A stretch of DNA of 64,000 nt. It comes from an uncultured Pseudomonadota bacterium. GTDB taxonomy: Bacteria > Vulcanimicrobiota > Vulcanimicrobiia > Eremiobacterales > Eremiobacteraceae. Below the pieces are notes generated by a model, which was not told the origin of the DNA, searched no databases, and saw only the letters and a list, made by a program, of their open reading frames with translations. The DNA lies in assembly GCA_963736005.1 (NCBI GenBank), contig CAVTNB010000001.1, positions 1,952,001 through 2,016,000 on the forward strand. The letters are read 5' to 3'. The number at the start of each line of letters is the position of its first letter. Position 1 is the stretch's first letter. Below are positions 1 to 11,908 of the stretch, piece by piece. The translations under genes and the position numbers were made by a program.

Positions 1-743
1 GATCCGATGGCGCTGCGTCATTCGGGCGCGCAGGGTTTCCCGCGCTCTTTGCCGTCGGCTTGTGCTTTGCACTCGTCATGCGCGAGCCCGACCTCGGGAC
101 TGCCTCGCTCTATCTCATGACGACCTTCGTCATGCTCTTCGTCGCCGGAGCGCCCCTCATGCAACTCGCGCTCGAAGGTGCAATCGCCGTGCCGGCGTTG
201 CTGGCCTTCATCTATTCCAGCGCTTATCGCCGAACGCGTTTTCTCGCCTTCCTGCATCCCTGGAAAGATCCGCAGGGGACGGGTTATCACATCATCCAGT
301 CGCTCTATGCGCTGGGTTCCGGCGGGCTCTTTGGGTTGGGTCTCGGACAGAGCCGTCAGAAGTTTGGATACTTGCCCGCTCAATATACTGATTTCATTTT
401 CTCGATCATTGGCGAAGAGCTCGGATTCGTTGGGGCTGTCGCCGTCCTATTGCTCTTCTTGCTTTTTGCGTATCGAGGCGTGCGCATCGCCATGAGAGCC
501 GAGGATCGTTTTGGATTCTACCTTGCAATCGGCCTGACTGCCTCGATCACGCTCCAGGCGCTCGTCAACATCGGCGTGGTGACCGCCTCGTGGCCAGTCA
601 CGGGGGTGCCCCTTCCCTTCATTAGTTATGGCGGAACGTCGCTTGTGATCACCCTCTTTTCCGTCGGCCTGCTCGCGAGCGTTTCGCGGGGACGACGCAG
701 AGCCGCGGCTTCACTGCCGACATCGCGGGCAAAGGTGTCGTAG
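1..743 (+). CDS. ftsW: Cell division peptidoglycan polymerase FtsW (SEDS family), 5'-truncated by window edge
   Basis: EPDLGT, GYHIIQSLYALGSGG, LPAQYTDFIFSIIGEELG and GVPLPFISYGGTS motifs; directly upstream of murG. Confidence 0.93.
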   Translation, partial: SDGAASFGRAGFPALFAVGLCFALVMREPDLGTASLYLMTTFVMLFVAGAPLMQLALEGAIAVPALLAFIYSSAYRRTRFLAFLHPWKDPQGTGYHIIQSLYALGSGGLFGLGLGQSRQKFGYLPAQYTDFIFSIIGEELGFVGAVAVLLLFLLFAYRGVRIAMRAEDRFGFYLAIGLTASITLQALVNIGVVTASWPVTGVPLPFISYGGTSLVITLFSVGLLASVSRGRRRAAASLPTSRAKVS

Positions 744-745
744 CG

Positions 746-1933
746 ATGCGCGTCCTTTTTTCGGGCGGTGGTACCGGAGGCCACCTGTATCCTACGCTCT
801 CGCTCGCGCAAGCGCTCTTGCGTGGGCGCGAAGGGGTTTGCAAGCCCACGCAAAGCGAGGGAGCGCCGGTTGGCAACGGCAGCGCTTCGCTGCACGCGGT
901 CCTCTTTGTCGGCGCACAGGGGAATATCGACGAACACCTGCTGACGCGCGACGATGTTCCTTACAAAACGGTGAGCAGCAAGCCGCTCTCTGGGCTGTCG
1001 AACGTGCGGGCAGCGCTGAATCTCGCAGGCAATGCGGCGGCGCTGGTGCAGGCAGTTCCGATCGTTTCGCATTTTCGCCCAGACGTCATCGTCGGTAGTG
1101 GCGGTTATGCATGCGCCCCCGCGATTCTCGCCGGCGCGATGTTACAGTCAAGTGGTGCTTTGCCGAATCTGCGTGTCATGCTGATGGAGCCCAACGTCAC
1201 GCCGGGTTTGGCCAACCGGCGACTGGCTCGCTATGCCAACCAAGTGTGGGGCGCTTATCCAGACTCGGACACGTCCAAGCACTTTGGGGAGAAGTTTGTG
1301 CTCACCGGGATTCCGGTGCGAGCCGATCTCTACACGCCCATGTCCAAAGCGCAAGCGCGCCAGAGCCTCGGCTTGGACCCCAACCGTTTTACCGTACTGA
1401 TCTTCGGCGGCAGCCAGGGCGCGCGCAGCATCAACGTTGCGACGAGCGGCATGGTGGCACGGCGGCGGCTGCCGGGGGATTGGCAGATCTTACACCTCAC
1501 CGGGGAGCGAGATTACGAATGGATGCTCGCGGAGCGAAAAACCGAGCCGAACGAAAACCGGTATATGGCAAAGGCGTATTTGGATAACATGGCGCTCGCG
1601 TACTGGGCGGCCGATCTCGCTGTCAGTCGTTCCGGAGCATCAACGTTGGCCGAAATCTGCACAGTCGGGCTGCCGGCGATTCTTATACCGTACCCGCACT
1701 CGAGCGAGAACCATCAACGCGCGAATGCGAAGTACTTTGTCGATCGAGGAGCTGCTCACACCATGCAAGATGGGGCGCTGACCCCCGATTCGCTGTACTG
1801 GATGCTCGTCGACGTCGCCGATCCTGAGAAGCTTTCCGCGATGACCGAGAAACTGCGACGGCTGGCACACCCGCAGGCGGTGGAAACCATGCTCAATCGC
1901 CTCCTCGACAACCATGTAGCGGCGGATCGATAA
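746..1933 (+). CDS. murG: UDP-GlcNAc:lipid I N-acetylglucosaminyltransferase MurG
   Basis: SGGGTGGHLYP, GGSQGA, SRSGAST and HQRANA motifs; dcw context. Confidence 0.96.
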   Translation: MRVLFSGGGTGGHLYPTLSLAQALLRGREGVCKPTQSEGAPVGNGSASLHAVLFVGAQGNIDEHLLTRDDVPYKTVSSKPLSGLSNVRAALNLAGNAAALVQAVPIVSHFRPDVIVGSGGYACAPAILAGAMLQSSGALPNLRVMLMEPNVTPGLANRRLARYANQVWGAYPDSDTSKHFGEKFVLTGIPVRADLYTPMSKAQARQSLGLDPNRFTVLIFGGSQGARSINVATSGMVARRRLPGDWQILHLTGERDYEWMLAERKTEPNENRYMAKAYLDNMALAYWAADLAVSRSGASTLAEICTVGLPAILIPYPHSSENHQRANAKYFVDRGAAHTMQDGALTPDSLYWMLVDVADPEKLSAMTEKLRRLAHPQAVETMLNRLLDNHVAADR

Positions 1934-1938
1934 TGCAT

Positions 1939-1963
1939 GTAGAGGGCGACTGTAAAGTCGCCC
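1939..1963 (+). repeat. REP family C/D
   Basis: GTAG-A-GGGCGACT-GTAA-AGTCGCCC between murG and murC. Confidence 0.8.
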
Positions 1964-2011
1964 ACCTTCGGAAAGGGCTCGTCAACACTTGAGCCAAAAG
2001 CGGATATCGAC

Positions 2012-3433
2012 ATGATGCGTTCGCACCGGCACGTTCATTTTGTTGGCATCGGCGGCATTGGCATGAGCGCGATCGCGCGCGTCCTGCTGGCGCTGGGTGT
2101 GGGCGTGTCCGGCTCCGATCTCAAGATGAACGGAACGCTCGAGAAACTGCGCGGCTTGGGTGCAACGGTGACGTTCGGCCACGCTTCCGAAAACATCAAG
2201 GGCGCGGACGCCGTCGTGATTTCATCGGCCATTCCCAGCGACAATCCCGAAGTCATCGCCGCTCAAAAAGCCGGCATCCCAGTCATGCAGCGCGCCGAGA
2301 TGCTGGCGGAAATCATGGCAGACAAAAAGGGCATCGCGGTCTCAGGCACGCACGGCAAGACGACAACGACCTCGATGATCGCTTCGGTGCTCGATGCCGG
2401 GGGCATGGCGCCGACGGTGCTCATCGGCGGGGAAGTCAACGATCTCGGTGCCAACGCGCGTTTGGGGTCCGGCGACATCGTCGTGGCAGAGGCGGACGAA
2501 AGCGATGCCTCGTTTCTGCGGCTGCGCCCCACCTGCGCCGTCGTCACGAATATCGAGAACGATCATCTCGGCTACTATCGCGATCTCGAGCATCTCATCG
2601 AGACGTTCACGGCCTTCATCGAGCGGGTGCCGCCGGATGGCTGCATCGTTGCCTCCGCCGACTGCGCGGCTGTGGCAGAGCTATTGCGCAGATTCCGTCA
2701 AGCACCGAGTTTACTTGGCGATCCCACGATAGTCACCACAGGTTTTGATGCTGCCGCGGACATACGGGCTGTCGACCCCGAGCTTGCGGATTTTGGTTCG
2801 TCTTTTAGCGTTGTTACCGGAAACAAAACGCTGGGGGAGATCGTGCTGCGGGTGCCTGGCCTTATCAACGTGTCGAACGCGCTGTGCGCGGTGGCTGTAG
2901 GACTGCGCTGCGGTGTCAGCTTCGACGTGATCGCGCGGGCGCTTGCGCGTTTTCGCGGCGTGGCGCGGCGCTTCCAAGTTCTGTACGAAAGCGGATCGCT
3001 GATGATCGTCGACGATTACGCGCATCACCCCACCGCCGTCCAAGAGACGATTGCGGCGGCGCGGGCGTACTGGCCGGGTCGATTGGTTGTCGCTTTTCAA
3101 CCCCACCGCTACAGCCGCACGGCGTACCTCGTGCGTGATTTCGCCCGCGCCTTGTTGCGCGCGGACGAGATCGTGGTCGCTGATATTTACCCAGCGGGCG
3201 AACTTCCGCTGCCGGGCGTACGCGCCGAATCTATCGTCGATTTCATCGCCGACCTCGATCAACAAAAAAGCGCAATTCATCTTCCCAAACCCGCTGATGT
3301 CCTGGCCTACCTGCAACGAACGATCAAGTCAGGCGACCTCGTGCTGACGCTCGGAGCAGGCGACATTGGCGGCGTTGCGCACGAACTTGCGGCGGGTCTG
3401 TCTGCCGCCGATGCCGGCGTCGCAAATCTCTAG
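2012..3433 (+). CDS. murC: UDP-N-acetylmuramate--L-alanine ligase
   Basis: HFVGIGGIGMSAIA, GTHGKTTTTS, EADESD, DDYAHHPT and FQPHRYSRT motifs. Confidence 0.97.
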   Translation: MMRSHRHVHFVGIGGIGMSAIARVLLALGVGVSGSDLKMNGTLEKLRGLGATVTFGHASENIKGADAVVISSAIPSDNPEVIAAQKAGIPVMQRAEMLAEIMADKKGIAVSGTHGKTTTTSMIASVLDAGGMAPTVLIGGEVNDLGANARLGSGDIVVAEADESDASFLRLRPTCAVVTNIENDHLGYYRDLEHLIETFTAFIERVPPDGCIVASADCAAVAELLRRFRQAPSLLGDPTIVTTGFDAAADIRAVDPELADFGSSFSVVTGNKTLGEIVLRVPGLINVSNALCAVAVGLRCGVSFDVIARALARFRGVARRFQVLYESGSLMIVDDYAHHPTAVQETIAAARAYWPGRLVVAFQPHRYSRTAYLVRDFARALLRADEIVVADIYPAGELPLPGVRAESIVDFIADLDQQKSAIHLPKPADVLAYLQRTIKSGDLVLTLGAGDIGGVAHELAAGLSAADAGVANL

Positions 3434-3445
3434 CGCGGCTGTCGA

Positions 3446-4366
3446 ATGAGCACCGCATCCTCGATTCCAGGTCTGGCGGTACGCGCATCTGACCGCGATC
3501 GGTTGCGAACCATGCTTGGTGATTCGGTAAGCTTCGACGAACCGATGGCTCCCAAGACCTCCATGCGAGTGGGCGGCAACGCGGCGGCATATGCCGGCGT
3601 TTCGAATACCAAAGACCTCGTGGCCTTGCTGCAGCTGTGCAGCGCGGAGCGAATTGCCTGGACCGTTCTTGGTCTTGGCAGCAACGTTGTGGTGCGCGAT
3701 GAGGGCTTTGCCGGCGTCATTATCCGTCTCGTCGGCGACTTCACGCGCATTGCCGTCGATGGAAACCTCGTTCGAGCCGGTGGTGCGGCTCCGATCGTTT
3801 CGCTGTGTCGAGAAGCAGCGAAGGCAGGGCTCGAAGGCGCCGAAGCGCTCGTGGGAATACCGGGGACCGTCGGTGGAGCAATTCGCATGAACGCGGGAAC
3901 CAAGGTCGAAATCGGTGCTCTCGTGCGCAGCGTCGAGGTTGTTGTGGCCGGTGAAAACGTGCAAACCTTGACCCTTCCAGAATTTGCCTACCGCAGCTCG
4001 ACGCTCGACCGCACGGCCGTCGTGTGTTTCGCGGAATTGGAACTTCAAGCAGGCGATAAGGCGGCCGTGCAGGCACGTCTGCGCGAATACATTGACCGCC
4101 GAAACGCGACTCAGCCTCTCGAGTTGCCAAACTCGGGCAGCATCTTTCGGAATCCACCGGGCGACTTTGCGGCCCGGCTTATCGAGACTGCCGGATGCAA
4201 AGGCATGCGCATCGGGGGCGCAGAGGTTTCAAGCAAGCACGCGAACTTTATCGTCAATCGGGGCGGCGCGACCAGCGCGGACGTCGTTGCTCTCATGGCG
4301 CGCGTTCGCGAAGCGGTCAAGAACAAGCACAGCGTGGACTTGGAACCCGAAGTTCAAATTCTCTAG
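3446..4366 (+). CDS. murB: UDP-N-acetylenolpyruvoylglucosamine reductase
   Basis: GLGSN, GIPGTVGGAIRMNAG, QPLELPNSGSIFRNP and KHANFIVN motifs. Confidence 0.96.
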   Translation: MSTASSIPGLAVRASDRDRLRTMLGDSVSFDEPMAPKTSMRVGGNAAAYAGVSNTKDLVALLQLCSAERIAWTVLGLGSNVVVRDEGFAGVIIRLVGDFTRIAVDGNLVRAGGAAPIVSLCREAAKAGLEGAEALVGIPGTVGGAIRMNAGTKVEIGALVRSVEVVVAGENVQTLTLPEFAYRSSTLDRTAVVCFAELELQAGDKAAVQARLREYIDRRNATQPLELPNSGSIFRNPPGDFAARLIETAGCKGMRIGGAEVSSKHANFIVNRGGATSADVVALMARVREAVKNKHSVDLEPEVQIL

Positions 4367-4372
4367 CCTTCC

Positions 4373-5308
4373 ATGACCAAACCAACGATCGCTGTGCTCA
4401 TGGGCGGCAACTCCGCGGAACGCGAGATTAGTTTGCAAACGGGTGCCGGGGTGAGCGAGGCCCTTGCGTCGCTTGGTTACCCTGCAAAACACTTTGACTA
4501 TGACGGCGGCCTTGTGGAGGCATTGCAGCGCGCCAAGCCAGCGGCGGTTTTCAACGCGCTTCACGGAGGAGCCGGCGAAGACGGCACGGTGCAAGCACTG
4601 CTCGATTGGCTAGGCATCGGTTATCAAGGATCGGGTGTGCGCGCGTGCGCCGTCGCGATGGATAAGTGGCAGACGAAAGCCCTCTTGGTTGCAGAGGGCC
4701 TGCCCTGCCCGCGCGGGATACGATTGCGCGCTGCCGATGCTGCATCGTTTCCCGTCCTGGAGAAATTCGGTTTGCCGTGCGTTGTCAAACCAAGCGCGCA
4801 AGGTTCGGCAGTTGGGGTGGGCCTAGTGCGCGCGCCGAGCGACTGGCCCGCAGCGGTCGCAAACGCTTCAATCGGCGCCGCTGACATTCTCGTTGAGGAG
4901 TATATTGAAGGGCGAGAATTTACGGTTGCGATTTTGGGCGACGAAGCGCTGCCCCTCGTCGAGATCACGCCGCACGACACATTTTACACCTATCGCGCCA
5001 AGTATACTGTGGGTGGTAGTACGCACACCGTGCCTGCCGCGCTCGAGCCTGCTTTGGCAACATCCATGCAACGCGATGCGCTCGCGCTCCACCGCGCGCT
5101 CGGAGCAAGAGATTATTCTCGCGTCGACATTATGTTGAGGACATCCGGCCACTATGCGATATTGGAATGCAATACGCTCCCGGGTCTCACGCCCTTAAGT
5201 CTCTTCCCGGATGCCGCTCGCGCTGCGGGAATCCCGTATGACACTTTGATCGAACGATTGCTCTTGTGCGCGTTGTCACGCTCATCGGGTCGCTTCAGCG
5301 TTCTTTGA
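4373..5308 (+). CDS. ddl: D-alanine--D-alanine ligase
   Basis: MGGNSAEREISL, LHGGAGEDGTVQ and ECNTLPGLT motifs. Confidence 0.96.
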   Translation: MTKPTIAVLMGGNSAEREISLQTGAGVSEALASLGYPAKHFDYDGGLVEALQRAKPAAVFNALHGGAGEDGTVQALLDWLGIGYQGSGVRACAVAMDKWQTKALLVAEGLPCPRGIRLRAADAASFPVLEKFGLPCVVKPSAQGSAVGVGLVRAPSDWPAAVANASIGAADILVEEYIEGREFTVAILGDEALPLVEITPHDTFYTYRAKYTVGGSTHTVPAALEPALATSMQRDALALHRALGARDYSRVDIMLRTSGHYAILECNTLPGLTPLSLFPDAARAAGIPYDTLIERLLLCALSRSSGRFSVL

Positions 5309-5335
5309 CACCCCCGCCTCCTGCCGAAGTATAGT

Positions 5336-5360
5336 GTAGGGGGCGATTGGAAAATCGCCT
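5336..5360 (+). repeat. REP family C
   Basis: GTAG-G-GGGCGATT-GGAA-AATCGCCT. Confidence 0.85.
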
Positions 5361-5382
5361 CACGCTCGAGGTGTAACAACAG

Positions 5383-6117
5383 ATGCTGGGCGAGTTTTGG
5401 TCGGAACTTTTCAAAAGCGTCGGCGGCGTCCTAGGTGGCAGCCAGCGCGAGTTTGTCTTTACCGATCAAGGGGATCTCTCGCCTGAAGCGTTCGCCGAAC
5501 AAGCGGCGAGTCAAACGGGTACGCTCGCGGCGCCTCCGATGTGGGTCCAGGCCAAGACGCAAATCGAGGCGCTGCAAAAAGCTGATCCGAACTTCATCGA
5601 ATCAGACTTTTTAGTGCAGGCGTCAAAAACATTTGGCGCAGCGCTTGCGGCTGAGGGGGCCATGGATGCCTCGCCAATCACGGCGCTCGTCACGCCAACA
5701 TTCTTGCAATCTTTCCAACAGCGCATCGATCATTGGCGTAGCGGTGGGTTCACAAGAACCGTTGGTGACGTCAAGCTCGATCCGCCAGCGACCCTCAAGG
5801 TAACAGTTGGCGGCGAACAGGAAGCGATCACCGTTCGATTCACCGGCAGCGCGAAGCGGTTTACGAAAGAAGACATGACCAATCTTCTGACCGAGGGAAG
5901 CGCCCAGTCCGATTCATTTACCGAATTTGCAACCTTTGTGCGGCCGGCCGGTTCGACGACGCCGCAGAGCACGGCGGTTGGGGCTCCGAGCCACTGCCCC
6001 TCCTGTGGCGCGCCAGTCGACAGTGGCGCAATGAAGTGCGCGTTTTGTGGCGCACCGCTGACCGGCACGGGTGGCACGTGGTTGCTCGATAAGCTGAGCG
6101 CCTCCGCATACACGTAA
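5383..6117 (+). CDS. Tim44-like domain protein with double zinc ribbon (CPSC...CAFC)
   Basis: ADPNF..SDFL and FTEFATFVRP resemble the Tim44 fold; C-terminal CxxC-x10-CxxC. Confidence 0.7.
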   Translation: MLGEFWSELFKSVGGVLGGSQREFVFTDQGDLSPEAFAEQAASQTGTLAAPPMWVQAKTQIEALQKADPNFIESDFLVQASKTFGAALAAEGAMDASPITALVTPTFLQSFQQRIDHWRSGGFTRTVGDVKLDPPATLKVTVGGEQEAITVRFTGSAKRFTKEDMTNLLTEGSAQSDSFTEFATFVRPAGSTTPQSTAVGAPSHCPSCGAPVDSGAMKCAFCGAPLTGTGGTWLLDKLSASAYT

Positions 6118-6162
6118 AGCCCAGGTATTCGCGCGTAAGCCCAAAAAGACCGAAGCTTCCCA

Positions 6163-7290
6163 ATGCGCATTGGTAAAATCTTCGGCATTGACATCGTCAT
6201 CAACCTCAGTTGGCTGTTCATTTTTGCATTCGTCGCTTGGGCGCTCGCAGACGTCGGACCATTCCGTGGCATCAGCCTGGCGCCATTCCAACGCGTTACC
6301 CTCGGCATCATCACGGCGCTGTTCTTTTTTGCCAGTGTCCTCGTGCATGAGCTTGCGCACTCGTTGGTCGCGCGGAAGCGGGGCATACCGATAAAGCAGA
6401 TCACGCTCTTCATGTTTGGCGGCGTCTCGAGCTTGGAAGGCGAACCGAGCACCGCACCCGTCGAAGCATGGATTGCCTTTGTCGGACCGTTGACGAGCAT
6501 CATCATCGGCGTGGTTTTCTTCGCGTTGAGCCTCCTTATGGGGCCAGCGTCGCCGCTTGGTCTGGCAACCGAATATCTCGCCTTCGCAAACTTCGTCCTG
6601 GGCGTTTTCAACTTGCTCCCCGCGTTTCCGCTGGATGGCGGACGCGTGCTCCACGCGCTAGTTTGGCGATGGACAAAAAGCCGTTATCGTGCAACCCAGA
6701 TCGCTGCCACCACTGGACGAATTGTTGCTTGGCTCTTCGTCATCTACGGTGCATTTGTCGTACTCTACTACGGCATGAATTCTGCTTTCTCTGGGCTATG
6801 GCTCATCTTCATTGGATGGTTTTTGCTGCAAGCCGGCGGCGCAGAGCGAATGCACGCCGAACTCGTGCACGCTCTCGCTGACCTGACGGCCAAAGATATC
6901 GCTGAGGCGCCTCCGCAGGCGCTTGCGGCCGATGCAAGAGCTGACGCCGCGCTTCAGTTGATGATGAAGACAGGCCATCGGGCGTTTCCCGTCATGCTCG
7001 GGGACCAGCTCCTCGGCATTCTGAGCATGAGCGATTTTGCGAAGCTCGGCGACCGCGGGCCGGCTGAAGCCTATGTCACCTCGTTGATGACCCGCGTCGA
7101 AGATCTCAAGACAGCGTCGCCGACAACCAAAGCCACCGAGGTCTTGAAAATGCTCTCACAAACGGGTCTCGGTCAGATTCCCGTGATGGATGAATCAGGC
7201 GTCCTGCTCGGCTTCGTCACAAGAGAGAATATTCTGCGGCGGCTTCCGTTGCGCCGCGAACTCGATCGCGTGCAACCAGCCCAAATGTAG
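6163..7290 (+). CDS. Site-2 protease (M50 family) with CBS domains
   Basis: HELAH and NLLPAFPLDGG motifs, multiple TM helices, C-terminal CBS pair. Confidence 0.92.
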   Translation: MRIGKIFGIDIVINLSWLFIFAFVAWALADVGPFRGISLAPFQRVTLGIITALFFFASVLVHELAHSLVARKRGIPIKQITLFMFGGVSSLEGEPSTAPVEAWIAFVGPLTSIIIGVVFFALSLLMGPASPLGLATEYLAFANFVLGVFNLLPAFPLDGGRVLHALVWRWTKSRYRATQIAATTGRIVAWLFVIYGAFVVLYYGMNSAFSGLWLIFIGWFLLQAGGAERMHAELVHALADLTAKDIAEAPPQALAADARADAALQLMMKTGHRAFPVMLGDQLLGILSMSDFAKLGDRGPAEAYVTSLMTRVEDLKTASPTTKATEVLKMLSQTGLGQIPVMDESGVLLGFVTRENILRRLPLRRELDRVQPAQM

Positions 7291-7345
7291 CAGCGGACCT
7301 TTAGGTCCGCTTTTTGGACAAGCGCATCTAAAGATGCGCTGCTAC
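7287..7345. repeat. Inverted REP doublet, family B
   Basis: GTAGCAGCGGACCTTTAGGTCCGCT plus inverted copy (rc GTAGCAGCGCATCTTTAGATGCGCT). Confidence 0.88.
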
Positions 7346-7384
7346 ACAAGATCGCGAGCTGTTACACGAGAGCTAGATATGATT

Positions 7385-8968
7385 CTAGTGTGGCTTGACC
7401 ACCGCAGGCGGCATCACTGGGCGTGACGGACTAAGAACCTGCCACTGCGAGAACGGAATCGCCGGTGCGATCACCTGCACCGGACGGATGACGGGTGCAG
7501 GACGAAAGACCGGTGCCGGACGCGTGACTCCTGGCAGGTGCGTCAGTACCGGAAAATGCGGGCTCATCGGCGTGTGCGGAAGAATCGGCAGATGGCTGCC
7601 TTCGACCAAACCGGCGCGAATCGAGGTCGTGCCCAGAGATGTCGGCGCAGGCATGCGCGAGTCTTGGAACGAGCGCGGCTCGGTGCGCGCGAACACAACC
7701 AAATGCTCGGGTGATGACGGGCGGTTGACCAATCGCGGCAAAACAGCATAGCGGAGCGAGGATGGCAATGATGTGCGCTGTCCTTCGATCTCCACCGGAG
7801 CCGTCGCGCGAACAAGCACTTGGCGCCCGTCGGCCATCGTAAAGTGGGCAGCAATCATGGCGTTGTGCGCCGTCATACCAAACGGCACTTGCATGAAGCC
7901 CCAAAAGAATCCGGGGTTACCGACCCACGGCGTCAGAGCAAATTGCCCCGGGCAGCCGGTAATGGTAAAGAATCCATTGCCGAACGGGAAAAAACGGCTC
8001 ACGAAAATGACTTCTATGACACCGCCCGACACGAAGAAGAGCGGTCCAGGCGTGAAGACGGAAAACCCCGGTGGGGAAAAATGGAACCGAGGAAACCAAG
8101 GCCAGCCAAAGCCCAAATCAGATGATCCGAACCCAGCTCCCCCATACGAGCCAAAAGTGTAGTCCGAACTCGAGCCTGCGTCGACCCGAAACAACCAACT
8201 CTGCGTGAACGGCGTCCCATCCTCGGCTTGGCCCGTGACATACACGTTGTGCAGCCCCGACTGCAACGCCGTGAGCGGCGTGTATGAAATGTATGCGGTG
8301 GAAATCGTGGCCTGGTCCGTGACATCGATGCCGTCAACTTGCATCTGCACCGTCGAGGGATTGACAGCCGTCGTGCCTCCATTGAAACGGGCGTAGATCG
8401 ATGGATACTGCGAGCCAATGATTTCGCCCGATGCGGGCCGCATATTCTCAACAGAAGGCGCAACTCGCGAGGCAACCGTGTACACGGGACCGCCAGCATA
8501 TGCAGCGAAGCTTCCTTGCTTAAAGCCGCTGACAATGACCACGGTATTGCTTTGCAAGTCATAGTCGACGGAAACGCCGAGCGCTTGGGCGACAAAGCGT
8601 AGCGGAATCATGACGCGGCCCGCGACTTCGCGCGCGGCCACGTCCATCGTTTTGGGTTCGCCGTTTATCCGCGCATTGCGAGAACCGACCGCAACCGCGA
8701 CCGTCGTTCCATTGAGCGACGCGGTTGCCCATCCCGACGCTTCATCGAAAGAAACCAGCGCCCCGAACTGCTCGAAGACCCCTCGCAGCGGAACCAACAC
8801 GTGGTCCCCGCTGACAAGCGCGGGCACGTCTGAGGGCAGCCTGGCCCCGTCAATGACGATCGAGGGAGAACTGTCCGGAGAGGCCGCGACACACAGCGGC
8901 CGAGCAAAGAGCAAAGCAAGAAAAAGGCAAACGGCGAGGGCATTTTTGGGACGCATGGCTGCCACCAC
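7385..8968 (-). CDS. Secreted copper-amine-oxidase N-terminal (stalk) domain protein with Pro-rich tail
   Basis: Signal peptide; LVPLRGVFEQFGA and MIPLRFVAQALG stalk motifs; start may be ATG at 8956. Confidence 0.75.
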   Translation of the reverse strand: MVAAMRPKNALAVCLFLALLFARPLCVAASPDSSPSIVIDGARLPSDVPALVSGDHVLVPLRGVFEQFGALVSFDEASGWATASLNGTTVAVAVGSRNARINGEPKTMDVAAREVAGRVMIPLRFVAQALGVSVDYDLQSNTVVIVSGFKQGSFAAYAGGPVYTVASRVAPSVENMRPASGEIIGSQYPSIYARFNGGTTAVNPSTVQMQVDGIDVTDQATISTAYISYTPLTALQSGLHNVYVTGQAEDGTPFTQSWLFRVDAGSSSDYTFGSYGGAGFGSSDLGFGWPWFPRFHFSPPGFSVFTPGPLFFVSGGVIEVIFVSRFFPFGNGFFTITGCPGQFALTPWVGNPGFFWGFMQVPFGMTAHNAMIAAHFTMADGRQVLVRATAPVEIEGQRTSLPSSLRYAVLPRLVNRPSSPEHLVVFARTEPRSFQDSRMPAPTSLGTTSIRAGLVEGSHLPILPHTPMSPHFPVLTHLPGVTRPAPVFRPAPVIRPVQVIAPAIPFSQWQVLSPSRPVMPPAVVKPH

Positions 8969-9078
8969 TCACCCTGAGGACGTCGCCCGGTTGGCGACAA
9001 AAGGTACGCCCAGCCGGGTTTGATTCCTCGGTCGCCCTAGTGCTACCCGCCTCAAGTCGCCAAGGTCGCAGGAACGCC

Positions 9079-9107
9079 TTGTCAGACCCTCGTAACCCCG
9101 CTATAAT
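9079..9107 (+). promoter_or_regulatory. Sigma70-type promoter of groESL
   Basis: TTGTCA (9079-9084), 17-bp spacer, TATAAT (9102-9107). Confidence 0.8.
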
Positions 9108-9111
9108 GCAA

Positions 9112-9138
9112 TTAGCACTCAAGTGCTAAGACTGCTAA
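9112..9138 (+). promoter_or_regulatory. CIRCE element (HrcA operator)
   Basis: TTAGCACTC-N9-GACTGCTAA, one mismatch to consensus TTAGCACTC-N9-GAGTGCTAA; between promoter and groES. Confidence 0.9.
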
Positions 9139-9279
9139 GTCCCAGAAACTAGCCCGTTTCAGGCGTATTTTCGAGCCACAAAGACCGTTAGCGCGCTCCC
9201 CGAGCAGCCGCGTGGCACCGGGTACGCTGCTGGCACGGCTCCGCACACCTGAGACAATTCCCAAGGAGGATCAAGATCC

Positions 9280-11268
<1,989 letters not shown>

Positions 11269-11269
11269 T

Positions 11270-11294
11270 GTCGTCTCGCGAATGTATTCGCGAG
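11270..11294 (+). repeat. REP family A variant
   Basis: GTCG-T-CTCGCGAA-TGTA-TTCGCGAG just after the groEL stop. Confidence 0.7.
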
Positions 11295-11305
11295 CTGCGA
11301 TACGG

Positions 11306-11334
11306 GGGCGCGATTCACTCGCGCCCTTTTCTTT
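11306..11334 (+). terminator. Intrinsic terminator after groEL
   Basis: GGGCGCGA-TTCAC-TCGCGCCC followed by TTTTCTTT. Confidence 0.75.
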
Positions 11335-11345
11335 ATGACAAGGAC

Positions 11346-11836
11346 TTACTTGGGTCGCGGCAACTCGAACAACGCCCTGACGGCAAGTCGAAATCTCGGG
11401 GGAGCTGAGTGGGTGATGACCTTCTTGTCGCCGAGTTTGGATCGACCCCTCGAATCGCACACCGTGACGGATCGGGTTTTGGGATCCACAAGAAAAACAA
11501 CCTGAGTGCCGGCTGCGAGATACACGCGCAACTTTTCTTCGATATCTGCTCGCCGATCGACCGGCGACTTCACTTCGACCTCGACGTCGGGCGCCACTAA
11601 GGGTTCCTCAGTGGTCTCCATCAGGAGGACGACGTGCTTCACCTGGCGGGCGCACCCGAAAGCACCACTCCGTGGCTACGACGCCCGCCCGCTCTGATTG
11701 CGCCCAGCGGTCGAGCGCTGCGAAGAATCTGCCCTGGGCGAGCCCGTGCTTTTGCTTTGGACTCACCTTTTGCAGGACGCGTCCATTGACCCCATTCGAA
11801 CGCGGGCTTACCCTCTGGAACCTTGATCTCAAACAT
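11346..11836 (-). pseudogene. Uma2-family (DUF820) endonuclease-like gene, disrupted
   Basis: KPAFEW / VNGRVLQKVSP..KHG and APDVEVEVKSP..EEKLRVYLAAG..LVDP in three frames; the usual PDV segment looks deleted. Confidence 0.7.
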
Positions 11837-11908
11837 ATTACGCTCACGAGGATTCTATCACGGGTGGCCGCGTGCCGGTCAAGGGGGCGCGACGGGAGTC
11901 GCCAATGA

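Noticed and set aside
5308..5383. Loss of ftsQ/ftsA/ftsZ after ddl
   Set aside because: Split dcw clusters are common, and absence cannot be judged from one window.
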